This document shows, piece after piece, positions 45,300 to 50,697 of a DNA stretch of 50,697 nt. Position numbers and translations under genes: made by a program. Where the stretch lies: the NCBI GenBank assembly GCA_036008545.1, contig DASYNM010000253.1, positions 1 through 50,697 on the forward strand, given 5' to 3'. The DNA is from Verrucomicrobiia bacterium. GTDB lineage: Bacteria; Verrucomicrobiota; Verrucomicrobiia; Limisphaerales; Palsa-1400. How positions within the stretch are numbered: the stretch's first letter is position 1; each line of letters opens with the position of its first letter. The notes below the pieces were generated by a model. That model saw nothing but the letters and a program-made list of their open reading frames with translations, was not told where the DNA came from and did no database searches.

Positions 45300-47387
45300 T
45301 CACGGCGGCGAACCAGCAAGCGCGGAAAGAATCGAGGCGGCGGGAATTTTCTCTGTGGTCAGAGCAAACAGCGACGGGCGCCACGGATCGAGCGTGAATT
45401 GGATGTGATCGGCGTAACCGACGTAGGTTTGCGTATTCAAATCATAGATGTGCGCAGGTTGCGGTAGGGCGGCGTTGAGTTGAGTTGGCTTTTCCAACGC
45501 TTCGTTTCCGCCGGCTTGTTGAAGCGACTCGCTCATCGCATATTCGACATTGCGCTCAAACGCCAGCAGACGTCCGCCCGGTGCATGAAAACGGTGAACG
45601 CGAACGCGCTCTGCAGCGGGCAAAGAAACTTCCGGACGTCGTGGCTGTAGCTTTTGGGCGAGCCATCCGGCCAGATCGTGTGCGGCAGGAGGCGGGCTTG
45701 CCCCCAGCCGTTCGGCGGCGTAATGCGCGGCGTCGCCCGTGAATTGCCCGCTGCTGTCATATGGATGAGTCGCCAGCGTAGGGCGCAGTTTGCCGTGTTG
45801 GTCAAATGTTCCCGGCCAATCGTCGAAGAGCAGGCGTTGCTGAGCCGCGCCGACCGCGAATTGGCTCAATTGTTGCACTGCCTTTTCCGAAATCGCGTAA
45901 GCGGATGAAAGAACCAGCACCGCGTTGCTTCCCGCAAGCAATTGGCCCGATTCGATCTGCTCAGCGGACATAAATTGCGGGCTATAACCCAAATCCTCCA
46001 ACGCCTTCAGCCAGCCGTCGCGAGCCTGCGCCGCGTGATTGTGCGCGGCCTCGAAACTGGAAAAGCGCCGCAACCACGTGGACCCATCGACCGTCGATTC
46101 AAGCAGCCAATCCACCTGCAGGCTCGGCTGCGAGTAAAGAATAAAGATGGGATCGCGCTCCGGCTCGGCGCGCAGGAAAAGTTGGGCCAGCGGCGACGTC
46201 ATTTCGCGCAGCGCGGGCGCAAGAGCTTTGGCTTTGGCCGTCAGTGCGTCATCGGCGCTTTTGAAATCGATGCAATCCTCGCTCCACCAGACGATGCAGC
46301 CGCGATCTCCTTCCAGCAGCAAATGCCAGAGACGACGGCGCGCGTGCTCTGTGTCAGTCTCAAAAACAGTCGTGATGATAGGACGCCCGGGCATGAAAGA
46401 GCCGAAGATTTGCCGCGCATTCCCGATGTCGTAGGGTTCGACCCAATCCAGCGCGCGCGAGAGCTTCCACAAATCGTAGCCGCCGAAAGCGTCCGGCATT
46501 TGCGTGCCTTCGATGCCGACGGGCGTCAGCCCATCGACGCCGTGAACGGCCTGGCGCAAGTCGTCGAGAGCGTTGGCCAGCGAACCATCCATGTAAGTGC
46601 GAAAATCGGCCCAGGGCGAAAAATTCCAGCGCGTCGGATTTTTCCGCGCGGTAGCGGAATCAAATTTCAGCGCTTCCAACTCCTGCCAGTCCGGATTTCC
46701 GCGAGGCAGTGCTTGGCCGCTGGCCATCCGGTTTTTGATTTCATCGGTGGTGAACGGCGTCACGTCGTCCCACTTGGCGAAGGCGGTTTCCCATTCCGCA
46801 TTCAGCGAGGACAGATCGGCATATCGCGAGTGGAGCCAGCGCCGAAAGCCGGCGAGGGCAATGGGATTGAAATCATAGTCGAATGGATTGGCGGAGTAGG
46901 TGGTGGACAGTTCGTCGCGCAGATTATAGGCCAGCGGTTGATGCGGGCCGTTGCGGGTTGCTGAGCGTTGGACTTCTTCCTGCGCCCAACTGCGCCACTG
47001 GGAATCTTCCAAACAGTAGTCGCGCACCAGCGCGGATTTCGGCCGACCGGTTTTGGCCCAGTCGGTCACAAATTTGTCCCAGTCCTGCACGTGCGAATTC
47101 CATTTGAGGCAAAGGCCGCGATTGACCATGTTCTCGACGTAATAGGGAAAATGATTTTGCAACCATGGCGCCGGGTCGGAGTCGCCATAGATCATCGCAG
47201 TATTGACACCCATCTCACGCAACCGTTGGCAAAAGAGCGCAAACTTCTCCGGTTGCCGGCCCGGGCTGTCGCCCACCCACATAATCGTGCGGTACTCCTG
47301 CCATGGTCGGAGCGGCGGGCTCGCCGCAACGTCAAGAACAAGGAGATACGGCAAAAGCAGCGTTAAAAGCGGGCTGGCTTGCCTCAT
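45300..47387 (-). CDS. Secreted glycoside-hydrolase-like protein (GH42 beta-galactosidase-like TIM barrel plus glutamine-amidotransferase-like domain).
   Basis: It has a signal peptide 'LLTLLLPYLLVLDVAAS'. The segment 'LAGFRRWLHSRYADLSSLNAEWETAFAKWDDV' resembles the GH42 'F..WL...Y..I..LN..W' segment. The family assignment is tentative. Confidence 0.55.
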   Translation of the reverse strand: MRQASPLLTLLLPYLLVLDVAASPPLRPWQEYRTIMWVGDSPGRQPEKFALFCQRLREMGVNTAMIYGDSDPAPWLQNHFPYYVENMVNRGLCLKWNSHVQDWDKFVTDWAKTGRPKSALVRDYCLEDSQWRSWAQEEVQRSATRNGPHQPLAYNLRDELSTTYSANPFDYDFNPIALAGFRRWLHSRYADLSSLNAEWETAFAKWDDVTPFTTDEIKNRMASGQALPRGNPDWQELEALKFDSATARKNPTRWNFSPWADFRTYMDGSLANALDDLRQAVHGVDGLTPVGIEGTQMPDAFGGYDLWKLSRALDWVEPYDIGNARQIFGSFMPGRPIITTVFETDTEHARRRLWHLLLEGDRGCIVWWSEDCIDFKSADDALTAKAKALAPALREMTSPLAQLFLRAEPERDPIFILYSQPSLQVDWLLESTVDGSTWLRRFSSFEAAHNHAAQARDGWLKALEDLGYSPQFMSAEQIESGQLLAGSNAVLVLSSAYAISEKAVQQLSQFAVGAAQQRLLFDDWPGTFDQHGKLRPTLATHPYDSSGQFTGDAAHYAAERLGASPPPAAHDLAGWLAQKLQPRRPEVSLPAAERVRVHRFHAPGGRLLAFERNVEYAMSESLQQAGGNEALEKPTQLNAALPQPAHIYDLNTQTYVGYADHIQFTLDPWRPSLFALTTEKIPAASILSALAGSPP

Positions 47388-47965
47388 GCCTTCCGTTTCT
47401 TGGCTTTCAGCGCTTCCTTTGTCGCGGCCTGCATTTCGTCCAATTGCGGCTTGAGTTCGTCCTTTTCGGCGCGCGTCATGCGATCGATGAACAGGACGCC
47501 GTTGAGATGATCCAGCTCGTGTTGAATGGCCCGCGCCAGCAAACCGCCGCAGCGAAATTCAATCTTCTCGCCTTTCTCGTTAGTGGCCCGAACATCCGCC
47601 TGGCCGGGCCGCGAAATCTCGCCGAAGATTTCCGGGAAGCTCAGGCAGCCTTCCGGGCCCGTCACCGGATCGCCCACGCCCTTGACTTCGGGATTGATCA
47701 GGACCAGTGGCATGAAGCCCACGACGTCGGCTTCTTTGCCGTCTAACTCCAGCGTGGAGGGCCGTTCTGTCACGCCGCGGACGTCCAGCACTGTCAACTG
47801 CAAAGCGCGCGCTACTTGCGGCGCGGCCAATCCGACACCCCTGGCGGCGAGCATGGTTTCGAGCATGTCCTGAATGAGCTTGTGGATCTCCGGCGTGATT
47901 TTTTCCACGCGCGACCCTTTTTGCCGCAAGGCCGGATGGCCGTACTTGACCACTTCCAAAATCAT
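47384..47965 (-). CDS. def: Peptide deformylase.
   Basis: The motifs are 'GVGLAAPQV', 'EGCLSFPE' and 'QHELDHLNG'. The ATG at 47965 overlaps the stop of the kinase gene (ATGA), and its own stop overlaps the start of the GH-like gene. It has a Lys-rich C-terminal tail. The extension to 48106 is rejected. Confidence 0.95.
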   Translation of the reverse strand: MILEVVKYGHPALRQKGSRVEKITPEIHKLIQDMLETMLAARGVGLAAPQVARALQLTVLDVRGVTERPSTLELDGKEADVVGFMPLVLINPEVKGVGDPVTGPEGCLSFPEIFGEISRPGQADVRATNEKGEKIEFRCGGLLARAIQHELDHLNGVLFIDRMTRAEKDELKPQLDEMQAATKEALKAKKRKA

Positions 47966-49086
47966 GACGTGGCGGCGGGGTCCTGCATCATGGCCGCGAG
48001 TTGGGCGATGGACGGGCTGTGAGCCGTGCGCACGTAATATCCGCTCGTCGTCACGCCGGTCAGCACGCTCATTTGATTGTCCAGGCCGAGAAGCCGGCCC
48101 AGGCAAAAGCCGGAATTGAAGTGGTCGCCGGCACCCGTTGTGATGAGCGGCTTGGGTGTGAACGGCCCTTCCGCCATAGCGGCCTTGCCCTGGCTGATGG
48201 CAAGCGCGTAGGAAACGGGGTGAATGACCAGCGTGCCGGCCCTGAGGCGCTTGGCCAAAATCAAACCGAAATCCTCCAATGCCTGCGGCGTCGCCGCTTT
48301 GGGCTTAAGCCCGAACACATCGCCGATTTCGTGCGCCTCCTTTTCGTTCAAGCCCAGAATCACATCGAAGTACTCCTCAAATCGCCCGATTAGGTCCAGC
48401 GCGCGCATGATGTCTTCGCGCGTGCGCTTTTCCGGGTCGGCCAGGTCAAAGAAGAGTGTGCGTCGCGGCCCCTTGAGCGTCGGACAAATCTCCAGCAGGA
48501 TCGAGGCCCAGACATCGCTCATGTACGGGATCATCGTCCAGTTGACAAAGCCCACCAAGTCCGACGCGCCGAATTTTTGGGTGAAGCGATCGCGGCCAAA
48601 GCGGGACTGGATGTTGGCCCAGGTGACCTCCTTGAGCGAGGCTTGCTTGCCAATCATAATTTTTCCGTCCTCGAATTCCAGCGCGTCGGTCGTGCCGGGC
48701 TCGGCGATGCTATGCACTTCCGCGCGTTGGGCGAATCCCTGGAAAACCGGATGCAGGTTGGGATAACCCAGGATGCCGAGGTAAGTCACCTTGATCCCGA
48801 ACGCGGCCAGGGCATTGGCCATGATGGGGCCGTTGCCGCCCAATTTGGTGATTTGGTTGACTAGCTCGACATTAGTGCTTTTGCCGGCGGCGGCGGCCAA
48901 ACGCCCGGCCAATTGCGCGATGGTGGGCAGGCGTTGATAGACCTCGGCGTTTTCGCGCTTGTCCACCACGTGCAAAATCTCATCCACGAAACCATCAAGG
49001 CCGACAAAGGCGCTCAATTGCGCGGCGCGATCTTGCTGGGCCAGCAGTTTTTGCGCGCATTGCGCCCGGACATCTTGTGTGCTCAT
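47962..49086 (-). CDS. Ribokinase-superfamily sugar kinase (PfkB / ADP-dependent-kinase-like).
   Basis: The motifs 'LGGNGPIMANALAAFG', 'LGLNEKEAHEI' and the C-terminal anion-hole motif 'TTGAGDHFNSGF' are present. The protein is 374 aa. Confidence 0.8.
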   Translation of the reverse strand: MSTQDVRAQCAQKLLAQQDRAAQLSAFVGLDGFVDEILHVVDKRENAEVYQRLPTIAQLAGRLAAAAGKSTNVELVNQITKLGGNGPIMANALAAFGIKVTYLGILGYPNLHPVFQGFAQRAEVHSIAEPGTTDALEFEDGKIMIGKQASLKEVTWANIQSRFGRDRFTQKFGASDLVGFVNWTMIPYMSDVWASILLEICPTLKGPRRTLFFDLADPEKRTREDIMRALDLIGRFEEYFDVILGLNEKEAHEIGDVFGLKPKAATPQALEDFGLILAKRLRAGTLVIHPVSYALAISQGKAAMAEGPFTPKPLITTGAGDHFNSGFCLGRLLGLDNQMSVLTGVTTSGYYVRTAHSPSIAQLAAMMQDPAATS

Positions 49087-49116
49087 ATCTTGTTTGCGAA
49101 ACCTACTATGGTCGAA

Positions 49117-50037
49117 TCAATCCATCTTGATTCCGGCCACCTTCAAAATTCGTTCCAGGTCTTCGTCGCTGAAAAATTTAATTTCAATCGCGCCGCGGCC
49201 TTCATGGTAGCGGAGCGCCACCTTGGTGCCGAAACGTTCCTGGATTTTGTTTTGCACCGCCGCGACGTGAGCGTCCTGACCCTGCAAGACGGGTCGTCCC
49301 TTGGCCCCGTTTTTATGGCCCGCCTTGGTTTGCAGCGCGCTGACCAGTTCTTCGGTCTGCCGGACATTGAGAGATTTTTTCAGGACGCGTTCCGCCGCCA
49401 ACTCCTGTTCCGCAAGCGATGCCAATCCCAAAATAACCTTGGCGTGGCCGACCGAAAGCCGCCCATCGCGCACGAACGTCTGCAACGGCGGCGCCAATTT
49501 CAGCAGGCGCAATGCGTTGGCCACGACGGCCCGGCTTTTGCCGACTTTCAGAGCCGTCTCTTCCTGTGTCAACTGAAACTGTCCGATCAACTGCGCGTAA
49601 CCTTGCGCTTCTTCGATGGCGTTGAGGTTCTCCCGCTGCAGGTTTTCAATCAGCGCCATCTCCAAAACCGCGCGATCATCGGCCTGGCGCACGATCACCG
49701 GGACTTCTGTTAGGCCCGCCATTTGCGCCGCGCGCCAGCGCCGCTCACCGGCGATGATTTCAAAACCCTCCCCTTGCGCCCGCACGATCAGCGGTTGAAC
49801 AATGCCCTGTTCCTTGATCGAGTCGGCCAATTCCTGAAGCGATTCCTTGGAGAAATCCTTGCGCGGCTGCAGCGGGCAGGGACGCACCTGCGCCACCGGA
49901 GCGCGCCGGACTTGCTCGCCGCCTTCGGGGGCGGCGGGCGGCGTCGGCGCGTGAGGCGCAGTCTCCGCGCGGCTTGCCGGCGAACCGGCGCCGCCGAGCA
50001 GGGCGCCGAGTCCGCGCCCTAAAACGGGTTTAGCCAT
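49117..50037 (-). CDS. parB: Chromosome-partitioning protein ParB/Spo0J.
   Basis: It has 'LGRGLGALL', 'QPRKDFSKESLQELADSIKEQGIVQPLIV', the ParB box 'IIAGERRWRAAQMAGL' and the HTH 'QEETALKVGKSRAVVANALRLLKL'. Confidence 0.93.
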   Translation of the reverse strand: MAKPVLGRGLGALLGGAGSPASRAETAPHAPTPPAAPEGGEQVRRAPVAQVRPCPLQPRKDFSKESLQELADSIKEQGIVQPLIVRAQGEGFEIIAGERRWRAAQMAGLTEVPVIVRQADDRAVLEMALIENLQRENLNAIEEAQGYAQLIGQFQLTQEETALKVGKSRAVVANALRLLKLAPPLQTFVRDGRLSVGHAKVILGLASLAEQELAAERVLKKSLNVRQTEELVSALQTKAGHKNGAKGRPVLQGQDAHVAAVQNKIQERFGTKVALRYHEGRGAIEIKFFSDEDLERILKVAGIKMD

Positions 50038-50099
50038 GATTCAAAAGCTAACGGCAAATGTCGCGCGGTCAAAGGGAAAAGTAGGGACGATTTGTCCGG

Positions 50100-50697
50100 T
50101 CACGGCTTGATCGGCTCGCTCGCGCCCATGCCTGGACCCAGGACGATGGCGTTGGCAAAAATGCGCGAGGTGCCCAGCGCGGCGCCGCGGAAGGTCGGGT
50201 CTGACGCGAAAAGAATCAGCTCGCCCGAACCCACCGACTCGCGCGTGACGTAGGCGGCGTTGGCGAGACGATCTGCGGCCTCGGGCCAGAGCAAGCCGCT
50301 CATGCGCAGCCGCATTTCAAAACCCGGCGGCGCGATGGTCCAGCCCGGTGAGGGCTTGGCGTCGTCTTTCTTCTTGTCTTTGCTTTCGGCGCTGGCTGGG
50401 GCCGGGTCCGGTGCCTTCGCAGGCGCCGGGGTGAAGAAGCCCAATCGCACCGGCGCTTGCACCGAGGGAGGCGCCAGCAAAATCGTCCTTCCAGCGTAGA
50501 TGAGCGGGACATAGTCGCCGCATCCGGCCGTCAACCAGCTTCGGTCGTCCACACGACCCGCCAGCAGCGCGCCGGCCGGCATGAAGATCGCGCGCCAGGA
50601 ATCGCGCCGCTTGAGTTCGTCCTCCTTGTCTTTGTCGTCGCTCTCGCCGATGAGCCACGGATAGACCACTTCCGTCGGAGGCGAGAAGGACCAAAAC
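50100..50697 (-). CDS. C-terminal part of a larger protein (5' end outside the window), possibly the C-terminal domain of a large M14-like peptidase.
   Basis: The reading frame stays open from 50669 to the window edge (...FWSFSPPTEVVYPW...). The end 'GSGELILFASDPTFRGAALGTSRIFANAIVLG' resembles the class-I-amidotransferase-like tail I associate with big M14-type proteins. That functional call is weak. Confidence 0.5.
   Translation of the reverse strand, partial: FWSFSPPTEVVYPWLIGESDDKDKEDELKRRDSWRAIFMPAGALLAGRVDDRSWLTAGCGDYVPLIYAGRTILLAPPSVQAPVRLGFFTPAPAKAPDPAPASAESKDKKKDDAKPSPGWTIAPPGFEMRLRMSGLLWPEAADRLANAAYVTRESVGSGELILFASDPTFRGAALGTSRIFANAIVLGPGMGASEPIKP

Overview
This is a 50.7-kb, gene-dense, high-GC bacterial chromosomal segment. 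Hand counts of single 60-nt lines give about 68 % GC in a typical gene and about 47-48 % in the 22.2-24.2 kb gene. The gene content suggests a PVC-group bacterium (Verrucomicrobiota/Planctomycetota-like), but this is inference only. The supporting signs are a prepilin-type N-methylation protein of the H-X9-DG class, many large signal-peptide proteins ending in a ...FYR module, a TPR-sulfotransferase, a PQQ dehydrogenase, REP-like palindromes and weak Shine-Dalgarno signals.

I call about 44 protein genes, and many are translationally coupled through ATGA/GTGA overlaps. In map order they are:
- A four-gene secreted-protein operon: beta-propeller protein, Cys-less tandem rhodanese, cohesin-like protein and S8 peptidase.
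- A putative N-methyl/quaternary-amine demethylation cluster: OPA-type MFS transporter, GbcA-like Rieske oxygenase, DAO-family flavoprotein and an 817-aa dimethylglycine-dehydrogenase-like enzyme.
- An orphan sigma-54 response-regulator operon next to an HDOD gene.
- gap.
- A lower-GC pair of giant surface proteins.
- A TPR-sulfotransferase, a Gfo/Idh/MocA oxidoreductase, a TIM-barrel isomerase and a zinc metalloprotease.
- ggt, a YihY gene and an EamA gene.
- A ChbG/HpnK deacetylase, a small EamA protein, a PNP-family phosphorylase and a PolB-like exonuclease.
- A GntR-ABC-permease operon with a frameshifted permease.
- A lipoprotein and a transglutaminase-like protein.
- A RAYT-type Y1 transposase bracketed by mirrored REP hairpins, also with an apparent 5' frameshift.
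- A PQQ dehydrogenase with an inserted cytochrome c.
- A GH42-like gene, def and a sugar kinase in one coupled operon.
- parB.

I found no rRNA, tRNA, CRISPR array, prophage, or canonical defence, secretion or BGC locus. I could not identify a clear-cut novel system. The best candidates for something undescribed are:
- the recurring about 60-aa C-terminal '...FYR' module on four secreted proteins;
- the Pro-rich/TPR/FlgN-like/sigma-54-activator operon with a divergent HDOD gene;
- the lower-GC surface-protein island;
- several unusual palindromic repeat elements (the REPtron, a (TAATCT)n mega-hairpin and paired 24-nt palindromes).

All family assignments come from motif recognition by eye. No database search was run.
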